A DNA stretch of 64,000 nucleotides from Octopus vulgaris. Lineage: Eukaryota. The stretch lies in contig OX597825.1 of the NCBI GenBank assembly GCA_951406725.2, forward strand, positions 53,134,001 to 53,198,000, read 5' to 3'. Made by a program: the position numbers and the translations under genes. Positions 26,620 through 40,345 of the stretch are shown here, piece by piece. The stretch's first letter is position 1; the number at the start of each line of letters is the position of its first letter. Under the pieces are notes generated by a model. It had not been told where the DNA came from, did not search any database, and saw only the letters and a list, made by a program, of their open reading frames with translations.

Positions 26620-27590
26620 CGTGTGTAGGCTCATATGTGAGACACGTCTTTCCAAGCTCGTACCCTTGACGGAGCTCCAGTGTTGGGTGATGAAAAGATC
26701 GAGACTCAGTTCTTGGTATCTACAATGTCGTCAATCCGTCACAGACCTCTACCAATTAGGTAATGGGATCGGTGATGGTCGGTTTTATCAATATATAGAG
26801 GTTTAGTGGTGGGGAGAACGACCATGTTCTCGGGGACTGCGTGTCGACAAAAATGAAGCGGCTAGTCTGTTCCGGATGACTTTCCAGTCGTGAATTATCA
26901 TGGATTTCCAGATGTCCTTGGCCTGGCATGCTACAGGAAATGCTACCGTTTCGAAATACTCTCTATACGCATGGATGTTCTGTTATACGAGGTACGTACT
27001 GAGCGACGAAACCGTTCTGAACGCATTTGTTCAGTGTCCGGCTATTGCTAACTTGTGCGGTTATACCATACGCCTCCCGTCGCGTGTGGCAAGTCTATAA
27101 TGATGATTGCCTTGCTGCCCTCCTTCAAACGGGCTGGTAAGCAGTTTCCTCCATGTCCTTGGAGGCTGTGGGAAAAGAGGTTGTCTGTTGGACGAAGGTG
27201 AAAGGCATGATGACAGATAGATTCCTATTTGGTAAAGCCCTTATTGATTTTTTCAAGGTTGACAGGAAAAAGAAGGTAAGAGTGGAGAGGGATGTGCTAT
27301 CGTGTGTAAATTTGTTGAATGTTGGGCAAAATTTGCGAAAATGGCAAGAGTGCATAGTACCGCTCCAAATATAGATTTGAGTCGGAGAGAAGGAGTTGGA
27401 GAAGGTACTTGCTCTTTATGTTCAGGGAGACCTTGTGTCAGGGGAACCACATCAATATTACGCCCTTTTTTGTCTTTTACTCTTGTATACTATGCGTAGT
27501 GATCTTCTTTGTTTTATTGTATACTGTGTATACATTCAATTTTTGCTATCAATTTCATTGCCTGTAAACCCCACACATATTTTATGTCTA
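26620..27590 (+). mobile_element. L1/Tx1-clade LINE ORF2 3' fragment
   Basis: DFQMSLAW, DETVLNAFVQCPAIANL (zf-RVT knuckle remnant) and KEVVCWTKVKG...FFKVDRKKKVRVER. Confidence 0.6.
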
Positions 27591-28227
27591 CCCTCCTCAT
27601 CCTTCACCGTGGTGGCAAAGAAAACAAAACATCATCATCGTCGTCGTCGTCGTCGTCGTCTCCATCCTCCTCCACCTCCTCCTCCTCCTCCTCCACATCA
27701 TCATCAATCAATATCATCATCATCATCATTATACTCTCTCTGTTGATGTTCTTATTTTATTGTTATATCCCTGGGGTACATTACTTTCTGTTTTTGACAT
27801 TTACTTGAAGCTAATATATTTAATTAGACATGATGCTATCGCTGGAGCTTGAAACAAACTAAAATAATCTCATGTAAATTAGTGTTACGTATACATTTAA
27901 TGTTAGCACAATTACTCTGCGTAAAAGATTAAAGCCGATATTAGTAACTGAGTAATATCATTTTGATTCTTTCCGAAAGCACGGGAAATAACTTTAAATC
28001 GTTCCGCGGTTTTTAAATGTCATCTGTGCACTGTCTATTTCAGTGTACATAAGTAATAGTAAAAGAAATATAGTTACGCACTGTTGAATGTAGAAAATTT
28101 TCAAATGACCGCTTAATAACAACCCTCAGTCTCCATTCTCATGAAAAGAATATAGTTAAGTTAATGCTAACATCTTTACTACAGAGTGTACCAAAACAAA
28201 CCGAGGAACAAATATGTGCCAAATATT

Positions 28228-28439
28228 GATTCCAATTTTGGCACAAGGACAGCAATATTAGGAGAAGCTATAAGTCGATTACATCGACCCCATTGTCCAA
28301 ATGCTATTTATTTTATCGACCACCAAGGATGAAAAGTAAGGTCAACCACGGGAAAATTTAAGCCCAGAAGGTGAGGTCGTAGGAAACACCGCTAAGTATT
28401 TCGCCCGGCATGCTAATCATTCTACTTGCTCGCCAACTT
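28228..28439 (-). mobile_element. SINE family B copy with 18-bp TSD
   Basis: Homologous to 21789-22020; flanked by identical aaatatgtgccaaatatt at 28210-28227 and 28440-28457. Confidence 0.85.
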
Positions 28440-28566
28440 AAATATGTGCCAAATATTAACACATTAATCTAATGAAAGTGATATATGACTACAACTTATA
28501 TACAAGAGATACATCCGAATTTTTCTATCTACCTACCTATTAACCTATCAATATTTATACGACCTC

Positions 28567-30811
28567 AATTCCAAGGCGACCCCAGGATACGTACATTCAC
28601 GCTGCCCATTCTGAGCATGACCATGTTGTTGGAAAAAGAATAGGAAAGAAAAAGAAAACTTACTTGGTTTTGTTTGTAGGGGCAGTTTGTCCGTCCGTAT
28701 TGTTGGATTGAGGTGTTTCCACCAGCAAATAAATCAGCAGGTATTCCCTTGGTGATGTTCCCTCGAAAATCTCCAATTTCCAGTGGGAATTTGGATTTTA
28801 GGTGTGTCTATGTGTCTTGTGTTTGAATGATGTGTAATTTTGAACGATTTTGTTATATCAGTGTGTTGCTTTATGTAATTCATTAAACCTGTGATATTTT
28901 TAGGTAATTGCGATGTAGCTAGTAATAGTACTGTCTTCAATTTGTATTTGCTGCTGCAGCTGTTGTTGTTGCTGAGGTTGCTGTTTTTGTGGTTGTGGTG
29001 ATGGTTGTGGTTGTGTGTGTTGAATGGTTTGTATTTGTGGTATTGTTGACTGAAGTAGTGTTTCAGGTGTTTGTGGCAATGATGATGTAGTGTCAGTTTT
29101 GAGTTGATTTTTAGCTTTGTAGCTTTTAAGCTTTTCCTTCTCCGCTGTTTCTGTGAATGAGGATTGTTCTTTGTTCGTGGATTTGTTTTTCATCTTGTCC
29201 TTTCTTCGTCTTTTGGTTTTCGTTTTTCGCTCCATGTCCCTATGAGACTCTCCAGATGTAATGTCTGCTCGCTCGGTATCGGAAAGTGGAGTATCTTCTG
29301 GAGATGGGAAATGTGTGGACGAATATGTTGTTGGTATGCTAGTGCTGAAGTTGCCGTGACAGATGTTGTTGATGATTATGGTACTGTTATTGTTGTTTGA
29401 GTTTTCGTGGTTGTTTTTGGATCAAAGAGGAATGGGACTCTTTTATCTTTTCCTCTCAATTTATGGCAGAAGGCTTTTAGGTAAGCGGTTAAAAAAATAA
29501 GCGGCACTTTACCTTCCTTCCATTTACTCCGACTGGAAAGATGATGCCTCTTGGAAGACGAATCGAGTCTGGGATGTTGTCCACATTCTTTTGACTGGTT
29601 TGGACGAGGATCTCTATCGTGAAACACAAGTTCTCTTATTTTGGTCCCATAAACTTAGTGAGGATTGTTGAGTTTTCTTCCCTGTCTATTGTGACCGCTG
29701 CAGTTAGCTAAGTAAAGATTATGTCTGACACCATCTGCTGCATATGCATTTTTTACCAGTCTCTTACTGCAGTAAAATGGTACTAACGACAACTCCCGAT
29801 TTTGAGGGGCTTGAGAGAATGAGATTTTGTTTCCTCAGATAGTGAGATTTTGTTTCCTCGTCTGTATGGAATCTCACCTCAACTGTTCGGTAACCAGCTT
29901 GTCTTTGTATATACTTCTTTAGGTTCAAAACCGTATCTAAAGCCTTTTGGATTTGAACACCGGCGGCTGTTTCCATCCTCCTCGACTTCACTCGAACTGT
30001 ATGGTATGTTACTGTGCGGCATATCTTACAATAGAGAGTGTCGATGGAGTGTGTGTTTAGTTTGACAGCCAGCGCATCTTGCTCGAACAGCTATCTGGTA
30101 TTTCTGATTTGCTCTTCAGTTCTTCCGGAGGCTTTATTTGGGCGGGGAGGTGCAGTTATGCCTATGGTTATAGCTTTTGTTGTGTAGGCGATTGTTGCTC
30201 TGAAGAGTTTGTTATTTGTGAGACGGCTCCATTTGTGTTGGCCGACATTTATGTTGGTGGAGACCCGGATGTTTTCTCCTGTACTTTCTTTTGGATTGTT
30301 TTGGCTTTTTTCTTCCTCATCATCCTCACTTCGGGATGTGTAGGAATCGGAGTCTGTGTTATCCGTCCCCGACACGGGTAGGTGAGCGTTTGTGTTTATG
30401 TAGGTGTCTATTCGTGATCATTTGTTTGAAAGAGAAGGATATGGAGAGCTAGGTAGTGGAAAAACCTGTTTGGTCCTCTCTGCTATAGTGCCAGTGCATT
30501 TTGATGGCAACAGTGCTGCTGCTGCTGATGATGCTGGAGCTGTTTTAATGCTGTTGCTGATGCTGTTGCTGTTGCTACTGCTGTTGTTGTCTCTGTCCCT
30601 TTTCTGTTACTCTCGGTTCTTTCGCCTCAGATGGAGTCACCGCTGTGCTTCTGCATTGAGATGCTGATGTTGCACCACACTTTCTTTTGTTTCCCTGTAG
30701 ATGCTCTTGTTGCTGTTGTGGAAATGTCTATCACATCGGCAATGGGGCGTTTTTCTTTCCTGCTTTGTATATGTTTTGCGAGCAGCACGCCCGTAAATGG
30801 TTTGCCGTTCT
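28567..30811 (-). mobile_element. L1/Tx1-clade LINE 5' part: disrupted Q/T-rich ORF1 and first codons of ORF2
   Basis: Run of minus-strand ORF fragments, then ATG at 28624 giving MVMLRMGSVNVRILGSPW (cf. APE endonuclease start S.NV.GL), after which the element is truncated. Confidence 0.6.
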
Positions 30812-31136
30812 AAAATAGCAGAAATTCTAAAGATAGTGCTCATGGGAACTGTTCATATCCTACGTAAAATACTGTCAATGTTTGTTTTCTTAAACATTCT
30901 CTAGAAGAATTGTATGTGTAAAACCAAGTATATGACACCCTAGGCATAACACCAACATGGATTTTCTTCACGACGAATAACTCATTCCAATCAAAATGTC
31001 TTGTTGTCTCTTGATGTCTCTGAGTGAGACTTGGATTCAACTTGTACAGATACAAAGCAAAAGTCAAACATAGGATAAAAATAACAACAACAAGAACAAC
31101 AACAACAACAACACCACCGCCAACAACAACAACAAC

Positions 31137-31228
<92 letters not shown>

Positions 31229-31268
31229 TAATAATGATAATACTAATAATAACAATAATAATAATAAC

Positions 31269-31320
<52 letters not shown>

Positions 31321-31350
31321 GTAATAATAATAATAATAATGATAATGATA
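30812..31350 (+). mobile_element. R4/Dong-clade LINE extreme 3' end with long (AAC)/(AAT)n tail
   Basis: KIAEILKIVLMGTVHILRKILSM, then 3'UTR, then (aac)n(aat)n. Confidence 0.75.
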
Positions 31351-31399
31351 AAATGCCTTGCTGCAGTACCAGGAAGTATTATCATAGATAAAATTGTCT

Positions 31400-31822
31400 T
31401 AGCATAAAATTTGGGCTACAGCATATAATTTGCTCAATATCACAGATTTGCTTGCCCGTTGTTTGACCTTCGTCTTTTGAGCACGTCCTTTATGGCTGAC
31501 GATATGTGCATCCCTGATCACAAGCAGAAATAGTGGGGAGCAACATAACCATCTGTTGAGAGGTATTCTTTGGAGTATGAATAATTCACCTATGGAATCT
31601 TGGGTGTTGCATTCAATATACTTAATCAAACCCTATTCAAGGACCTTTCGATTGGAAGGAAAATCGAAAATCCAAACCGAGCTCCACCTTTGAGGTGTGA
31701 TCACCAAGTCGCACATATGGTTGTGATGCATATTCCCAGTGTACCCTTATCAGACGTGTAGTATTGATGTATATTCTGGATTTCGTATATGTTACCCTGG
31801 AGTCACATTAATGGCATGCATA
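31400..31822 (+). repeat. Interspersed repeat family C, longest copy
   Basis: Homologous to 34675-34830 (+) and 22362-22470 (-); class unknown. Confidence 0.65.
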
Positions 31823-31879
31823 ATGATGACAACAATAATGGTTTTAAGTTTTTAAAAAATAGTAATAATGAAACCCTTT

Positions 31880-32068
31880 CTACAAATGGAAAAGGCTTTA
31901 AATTTGCTGAGAGGAAACTAGTCGATTACATCGACACTAGTGTTCAACTGGAGCTTATTTTATCGACATTGTAAGGATGAAAAGCAAATCGACCTCGGCA
32001 GAGTTTGAACTTTGACGGATGAAATGCTGTTAAGCATTTTGTCCGGCCTGCTAACAGTTCTGCTGAAC
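31880..32068 (-). mobile_element. SINE family B, degenerate copy
   Basis: gtcgattacatcgac...ttattttatcgac...aaggatgaaaagcaaatcgacctcggc, homologous to 28228-28439. Confidence 0.7.
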
Positions 32069-32081
32069 AAAGCGAGCACAG

Positions 32082-32342
32082 CGACAACGACGACGACGAC
32101 GACGAAGAAGAAGAAGAAGAAGAAGAAGAAGAAGAAGAAGAAGAAGAAGAAGAAGAAGAAGAAGAAGAAGAAGAAGAAGAAGACGAAGAAGATGGTGATG
32201 ATGATGGCGATGATGATGATGACGACGACGACGACGACGACGAAGAAGAAGAAGAAGAAGAAGAAGAAGAAGAAGAAGAATACGAAGAAGATGGTGATGA
32301 TTATGGCGATGATGATGATGATGACGACGATGATGACGATCA
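32082..32342. repeat. Compound (GAC)n(GAA)n(GAT)n microsatellite, duplicated as a block
   Basis: The block (gac)n(gaa)n-acgaagaagatggtgatga-tggcgat(gat)n occurs twice. Confidence 0.9.
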
Positions 32343-32629
32343 TGAATAAACAACGAGGAAAAGTATCAACAGCGACGGGCTGGTTTCTTTACAGTGATTT
32401 CTAGTTTGTTACCTTTGTTATTATTTATATATTCTTATCATTGTTCTTGTTTTGCGTTATTTTCTTCCCTCCTTCCGATGTCCATTTCTGAGATAAATGA
32501 AGCCAAATGAAGAAATATTTCAGCATTTCTTTCCTTCCACCGGCACGCTTTCTTTTCTATACCTGCAAATATATAATATTTATCGTATAATACAATAATA
32601 CAATATACATAGATACATAGATACATACA

Positions 32630-32683
<54 letters not shown>

Positions 32684-34060
32684 GTCACACACACACACAC
32701 ACACATACATAATACATATATATATATATATATATATATTCGAACTGTATGTTAACAACAATAAAACAAACTCAAAATAAGGAATACTGAAGGAAAGAAG
32801 ATGAAATAAAAGGAGATTTGTTGTAAAAAAAATACACAAAGAGAGAGACAGCGGAGGTTGTAAGCGTGAAAGTGATTGTTATCGATGATTCCTAGTAACG
32901 GTCAGTGAATAGTTTCAGTGGTGTGTCTGCTGAGTTACTTTTATTGATGAGACATCACAAAGATCAAATGATCACCGTGAAATTAGACTATCGACGAGCA
33001 TACGTGAGAGATGGAAGGAAATAAGTGTTATAGACTCAGGTTGCTAACGTATCAATGAAGAAAACTATATTGTAAATGACTTAGATTGAGATGTCTAAAA
33101 GGGACGAAGAATGAAGCGTTACTAATATCGTCTAGTACTTGGAATAATACAAGAGTTCTTATACCAAGAAAATATTATTCTTATAGAATTTAATGATGAA
33201 TATTGATAGACAGTGAGGGGATTCCTTAACTGTAAGATGTAAAATGCAATAACATATCCGGTATTTTTGAAAGCCGACATAATGGCGTATGGCTTTAATA
33301 GTTAACTTCGCTAAATTCGATTATTATTTGCAGAATTAAATTAGATACATCTCGGAATGTCACCAAAATCTAATTTTAAATTGAAGATAATCACTATATA
33401 GATGACCAATGCCACATAATTTCAGTGCAAATCCTTCTTATTTAATTACCAACTCATTCAATATAAAAGCCTGTTAGAATTATTTAATATTTTTCCTTTT
33501 CTTCAAAGATGAACAAATAAGAAAAGGAAAGAAAAGAAAAAGAATGAAAGAATTACAATGTGTAAGAATTTGGACTTTTTGTAGTTAGATTGATGTGATT
33601 ATACACATTGGCAGTGGTGAGTCTGTCTATAAGAATACCTTCATGGGATGGAACTAACAACAAATTTACTATCGACAGAGAGATACCATCTCTCATTTCA
33701 AAGTTGAGAAACATAAGTTAACAGGAAATTGATTAATTCGTAGGAAATATAAAACTGAATGATTTGTTGTTAAATGTATTTCTTTTGGCTGTTGTTTAAC
33801 TCTCAGTCAGCCTTGACTTGTAGAAGTAAAATCGGAGGTGCTCCACCGGTAAGAATTCCATATCATTATTTTAAAATGTACTCTTTATAAGTTTGCATTA
33901 ATTTCTTACGTTAATTTCTTATTTAATGAGATGATGCTGGAAATTTGACTGTTATTTCTAGCAGATCTAGTTGCTTAGTTCATGAACTTTGTTTAACCCA
34001 GCGGTTAATGAGACCAGCTGTAACGATAGAAGTTCCAGTTAAGATCAACACAGTATTTCA

Positions 34061-34458
34061 TTACTCTTTTACTCTTTTACTTGTTTCAGTCATTTGCCTG
34101 TGGCCATGCTGGAGCACCGCCTCCAGTCGAGCAAATCGATCCCAAGACTTATTCTTTGTAAGCTTAGTACTTATTATATCGGTCTCATTTTCAGAACCGC
34201 TAAGTTACGGGGACGTAAACACACAGCATCGGTTGTCAAGTGATGTTGGGGGTACAAACACACACATATACACACACATACATATACATATATACGACAG
34301 GCTTCTTTCAGTTTCCGTCTATTAAATCCCATCACAAGACTTTGGTCGGCCCATGGCTATAGTAGAAAACACTTGCCCAAGGTGCCACGCAGTGGGACTG
34401 ATCCTGGAACCATGTGGTTGGTAAGCAAGCTAATTACCACACAGCCACTCTTACGCCC
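34061..34458 (-). mobile_element. SINE family A, full length
   Basis: Reverse complement of 46614-46972, including the tRNA head and cagtc..atgactgaaac..(gtaaaaga)n tail. Confidence 0.9.
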
Positions 34459-35030
34459 ATATATAATTTTTTAAGAAATAAATTACAATATGTAAATTTT
34501 ATTTGTCTTTGATCTGAAAGCGTTACTCCCTGTTCACTTCTATCTAGATATAAAAAGACATGACTACTATTCCCTTCCAACTTTGCTTCTGTAACCTGGA
34601 TATCAGCGTTTTGAAACTGAGCTACATTCCATTACATTGCCAGCAGATTCAGAGTTGCTGAAGTTGAATTATCGGTATAGCAAATATTCTGCTCCATGCC
34701 ACAGATCTGCTTGTCAGTTGCTTATCCTAATCTCTTGAGCATGTCCTTTATGGCTGACCATATGCGCATCTCTGATCATGAGCAGGAGTAGTGGGGCAGC
34801 ATCTTAGCTATGTTTTGAGAAGAAATATTAGTTTTGATGAAATATTTGTCATTTTTCATACGTTCTAAAGGTTAAGAAAACAGAATATAGCACTTGCTAC
34901 CCAAGGACAAAAATCATGTTACACAGTGTTACAAGCATGATGTACCACCGTGTTTTTTTTTATTAATTAACTAGTCATTAATTGTATTTAGTATTGTCTT
35001 TAAGATTATTTTGACCTCACTCTTTTTATT

Positions 35031-35076
<46 letters not shown>

Positions 35077-35912
35077 AGTTCCATTTTTTTTCATGGTCTT
35101 ATATATTCATATTGCTATTTATTGTTCTCTCATTTTTAAATGTGTACCCCAGTGTTTGGTTAATCTCACCAGTTGCATCTATCTGAATAATCCACTATCG
35201 TGGCCATTCACAATATTTTTAAAAGATCAGTAGCTACCTTGTTGCAACTTCTATTGCTTTCTACCGGAGCTACGAAGTAACTAAATATGGTAGTTATTCA
35301 GTTTTTCTGCCGCTTAAATTTTGAACGTGATGACTCAAAAGAAATAAATACCTGAAAAACATAGAAATCCTCCCAGAGAAATCATTTTGAAAATTCTGAC
35401 TGATGAAGGTTTTGTCTTGTAAATATTTACTGATTTTCCATATTAAATGTATTACTACATTTACAACACATTATGTTTCCAAACTTATCTTCGTTCTTCC
35501 CGTTTCTATCCGTTCTCTCATTCATTTTTTTATTGTTCTTTGTTTCTTTCTCTTTTCTTTCGTTCTTCATGACTCAGTATTTTCCTAATTTGTTTCCTTA
35601 TTTTCTTGTACCCATTTCTCTTTTCTCTCCTTTGCTTTGCTTCTTTATTGAATTTCTTTTCTTCTTCTCTTGTCTTTTTGTTTTCTTATTGTCTTTATTT
35701 CTTTCACTATTTTTCCTACTTCATTTCCTCCCCTTCTACTTCTCCTACAATATAGGAGCGATAAAATTGCCGATAATTCACAGATACCTCAATGAGTTAA
35801 TTAGTTAACCGTATCTATACTATTGCACACACAAACATAAAACCAGAAAAATTATCTCTTAAAGAAGATATTCCTTTGCATGTTTGACCTTGATGTTTTC
35901 AATTAGTAATCT

Positions 35913-36240
35913 AAAGATTGGCTTCGTACAAGAAATAAGTCTGAAATGTTTTCTCTCGCCTTTTGTACCAAGTCAGATTATGGCTTCAAATATTCATTAC
36001 TTGCATTTATTCAATTGACACAATATACCATCTATGGTATTGTCTTCATCTAAGAATTATGAAAATATCAGAAGCTAAAGCTGCTAGGCTATTGAATTCC
36101 GGGGAATTCATCATTAATTCGGTTGGTGATTTCAATACGTAATTTGTTCTGCTAGTAATAGGAGAAGGCATGGATTGTTGCCAGGCGAATACAGTTATGC
36201 TGAGAACTTACAAGTAGTTTAACAGAATTGTAGTGGACAC
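35913..36240 (-). repeat. Dispersed repeat, inverted homologue of 40346-40700
   Basis: Collinear shared blocks: actacaatt.tgttaaactacttgtaag, gtattgaaatcaccaac.gaattaatgatga, tttagcttctgatatttt and tttgaagccataatct. Confidence 0.8.
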
Positions 36241-36538
36241 TTCTTCAATGGTGAATTGTTGGGCGAAGATTCGGGTATCTGCAATGATTTGCGTGTCTGA
36301 ATTTGATTAGCGCATACACCTACATCACCACATACCCCGCAAAAAGACGCACCTGCTTGCACAAAACAAACACACATCCGAATAAGACAATATAGTTAAA
36401 GCAGTGCGAAATAATATGCAAAAGGCTGCGAGGAACATATTATTTCCCCTATGTGAAACAAATCAAACAATGAAAATCCAGTAAAACATGTGCGTATATA
36501 TGTATTTATGTATGTACGCTTGCATGCATGTATGCGTG

Positions 36539-36578
<40 letters not shown>

Positions 36579-36649
36579 TAGATAGATAGATGTGTATATA
36601 TATAATATTAAATAATATATATATGTATATATATATATATACATATGTA

Positions 36650-36715
<66 letters not shown>

Positions 36716-37849
36716 ATATTAAATCTTATATATATATATATATATATGCATATACATATACTCATATATACATGCATCAATAGTATATATATATATATAA
36801 GTATTATGCGTGTATAGGACGTCACGAAACATGTACAACAAAAATACGAAGTACAAGTACATGGAATATGAACTATTTTTTCGAACAACCACGGACACAA
36901 ATGGAAAACCAAACAAAGAACATAAAGCTCGACCTTCATCAGTTGTTGGCTGTTTTCTACTCTCGTATTTCGAGTATTTCACAACAAGATACGCCCTCAA
37001 TAAAACAGTTGCCCCGCAAAGCAAATTAAATAAAATTTGGGATTTTGCGGAGGATCAAAACTAGTAACAAAAACAGGACAGTGAGAACAAATAGGAAGGG
37101 CCGCTATGCTTAAACGAGGTTGTTGTGGCGAACGAGTAAAAACAAAGTTGGACAGGAGACAGACAAGAACACGTCTTCATGATCCAGCTACAATGGAGAG
37201 AAAGAAAGAAGCACAAGTTAGGAGAAGAAAGAAAGATGGCCGATATATACAAAGCGCTGCCTCAGCATGACCTCAATCTAATGTCTGAAACAAGTAAAAC
37301 ATATATGTGTGCGTGTGTGTGTGTGTGTGTTCGTGTATGCATGCATGTATGAATGTACAAACACATGTATATATATGTATGCATTAGGTATGGAAACTTA
37401 CAAATGGATTGCTTGTACAAGTGCACTCCGCCGAAAGCTTAGCAAACTGGTCGCCAGAAAATTTCAGTCATCATTAGGGGATAGAGCGCATTGCGTCTGG
37501 ACGTACATGTCGATGGCTTACAGTGCACATCCCCTCACCCAACCTCATTGTTGTTACGCCCCGCCTAATGGACTGAGTGACTAGTATTCGATATTTAAAA
37601 ATCTTTCATCCCAAGAATATCGTTACCATATTTTGCTTCAAACTGTATTTTTTAACAAATAATTAGTCCATCTAGTCTATCCTAAATTTCCCGTTTTAAT
37701 CAACGTTTGTCTCCCTTGATTTTCACTGATGACATATATCAACGTGTACTTCTATGTTATAGCATTAACTTTTCAAAATTTGCTGTTCAGTTGTTATTGA
37801 ATTGCTTATTCTTTATTTTACATCTTGATAATAAGTGGTGAAAAATTAC

Positions 37850-38710
37850 AACTAGTGCCATTGTATGCTACCTCTGAGAAGAGGAGTTAGTAGAAGGGCA
37901 GCGTCAAAAATAATTGATCATGGAGAAGCCTTAGGAAGTCTCAACCAACGATTGGCATAAAATTGGTTAAGACGTCTACAAGAAGGCAGCTTCAGACTTG
38001 AAGATTTTATTGTGGAAGTTGAGGCCTTGCTTGGAATGTTCGAACAACTGCCAATCACAAGAACTCGTATATTGTCGGTATAATTTTGTCCAAACAACCA
38101 TCAATCTACAGCTCCATAAGCTCGTCTTGGGAGCAAAAATTGTCAAGAAGCTCCGCATAAACTGCCCAATGACTAAATTCAACGATATGTTAACATATAC
38201 AAACAACTACTCTCAAAGCTGCATAGTACTTGCTTTTGGTGTCGAACTGTAAATGGCGATGAAAAATGGATCAAAATCCGTAATACTAATTAAAAAAATC
38301 AATGTCTTCAGAACCTGTTGTCAGAAAAGGGCAGTTTGAACAGAAGATCATGTTGTGTGTTTGATAAAATCTCGACGGTTTGTGACTCTCTGAACTTGTC
38401 AAAAATGGTCATGCTGTGGACGCTAATATTTATGTTCAACAGCCACAAAAAATATAGGATGCTCTGAAAGCCCGCTTTCCGACAGTGCTCACTCGAAGCC
38501 TCGTACTCCTACAGCACGACAAGCCGCAAATTAACAATGTTACCAAGCCCCAAATCGAGGAACTTGAAGAGTTAGAAATGCTGGCTTACTCTGCCTACAT
38601 TCCAGATCTTGCACCATCGAATTATCATCTTTTTGAGCAAATGCACATTTCCTGCGCGGAAAGAAATTAAAAAATGTGGCTGAGGTTGAAAACGGCTGTA
38701 GGGAAATTCT
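37850..38710 (+). mobile_element. Degenerate mariner transposase
   Basis: VNGDEKWI, QKIMLCV, LLQHD and AYIPDLAPSNYHLF motifs with many stops. Confidence 0.85.
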
Positions 38711-39461
38711 TATCGAGTAGTCCCTCCCCCTAAATTTTCACACATTGTGCTAATAGTACCAAAAATTATTACGTCATCCATGAATGGGTTTTTATGGGAT
38801 TTCACTTAAACCATTTATTCTCTGCAGTTTGTTGAGGTAGGTAGCATCTCTAAAGTAATGCATGTTGACTTTATGACTTTTGCTTAAAAGGAGCTTAAGT
38901 TGGAGTATTTCTCGATCCAATCTGTTTTAGTTTCAGGCATGATTTAGCTTCATGTTTGAAGGTCAAATTACCAACATTGCTTCAATTTCTTGCACTTCTT
39001 ACGTTGAAGTATCTTCAATCTTACTTTGATACCAAATGCTTTACAGCATTGGCTGCACTTGCAACTGCATCAAATCTCCACCTAAATCCTTTCTGAAAGA
39101 TTTCCGATTCAAGATCAGTAATATCCTTAATACTGGCATTTGATTCAAACTGTCGTCTCCCCTCTCGCTCTGTGATAGGAGTTCTTATTCAATTTAGACA
39201 GCGTTATTTTTGTTATAGAAACATAGTTAGTCGTCATAATAGTTTTTTATTAGCTCTCTCCGACTTCCATGTTTCTCTCATCGTCGTCCAGTTTCTTCCA
39301 GCGGTCCTCTTCAAAGCAAAATAAAGCGGAATGTATACTTAGTAATATTTCGCTACCATGCAAGGGCGCGAAACGACTAATGCAAAAACCAGTATGTATG
39401 TATGTATGTATGTATGTATGTATGTATGTATGTATGCATGTATGTATGTATGTATGTATTA

Positions 39462-39637
39462 CATGAAGCCCAGTTACAACTACAGCCGGCTATTACCAGT
39501 AAAGGTTTTATTTGCCAATTTTGTACAAGATATTGTAAATGTTTAGCTGGGCTAAAAAGTCACATTCGATCACAGCACCAGTAACAGTTAAACTTCGTGC
39601 AATGGCCATACTCAATAACGAGGGGGCAGCCATAATA
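39462..39637 (+). mobile_element. RTE-clade LINE extreme 3' end embedded in (TATG)n
   Basis: C-terminal C2H2 finger FICQFCTRYCKCLAGLKSHIRSQH*; 3' end atggccatactc...gagggggcagcc resembles the RTE 3' end at 51578-51610. Confidence 0.7.
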
Positions 39638-40009
39638 ATGTATGTATGTATGTATGTATGTATGTATGTATGTATGTATGTATGTATGTATGCATGCATG
39701 CATGCATGCATGTATGTATGTATGTATGTATGTATGTATGTATGTATGTATGAATGTATGCATGTATGTATGCCATCGTTCAGTTTTATTCTTGTTTTGG
39801 CATTTGCTAAAAATTTGTTGAGAACATTCCTTTCTTACTGGTAAGACAATAGGTGGTCTACTTCTAGCAAAATGGATGTTCACTTAGCGGTCATCCCTTT
39901 TATATGTATGTAATATAATTTTTCTGAATCTTCAGATTTTTCAACATGCAAGACCACTGGTTTTAAATTGATATTAAACAAATTCATATTCCATTTTTAA
40001 CCCTTATTT

Positions 40010-40068
<59 letters not shown>

Positions 40069-40345
40069 CACCTATTCTTTGTTTTGCTTTAATTATAGGT
40101 TGTCTGTGGGTATGTGTATGTATACATTTATGCATACTTGTATCTTTGATGATGTGAGTGGGTGTGCATGTATGCGCACGATTTCTCGTGCGTGTTTGTA
40201 TGTTAGTATCGGTGAGTGTGTGTGTGTGTAGATGCATTACTCATATTGTAAGGATGATCTTTGTCGATATCCGCCGCTAAATGATTGGAAAGTAAGAAAT
40301 TCGCGTAATAATCAAATACTGATGGATTATTACGCGAATAACGAT

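Noticed and set aside
36212-36278. Minus-strand exon-like segment (cattgcAG...ctt|GTAAGT; DTRIFAQQFTIEEVSTTILLNY)
   Set aside because: The donor half lies within a dispersed repeat also present at 40346, and no compatible partner exons were found.
36820-37240. CTGATGA plus GAAA on the minus strand, and a similar A-rich repeat at 46975-47340, as further hammerheads
   Set aside because: Could not build stems I-III around the core by eye; probably PLE-associated repeats, but unsupported.
38770-39150. Possible R2/Hero-like LINE remnant on the minus strand
   Set aside because: Motif matches were too weak to support a call.
39402-39584. Host C2H2 zinc-finger gene
   Set aside because: A single finger followed by an RTE-like 3' end inside (TATG)n; better explained as a LINE C-terminus.
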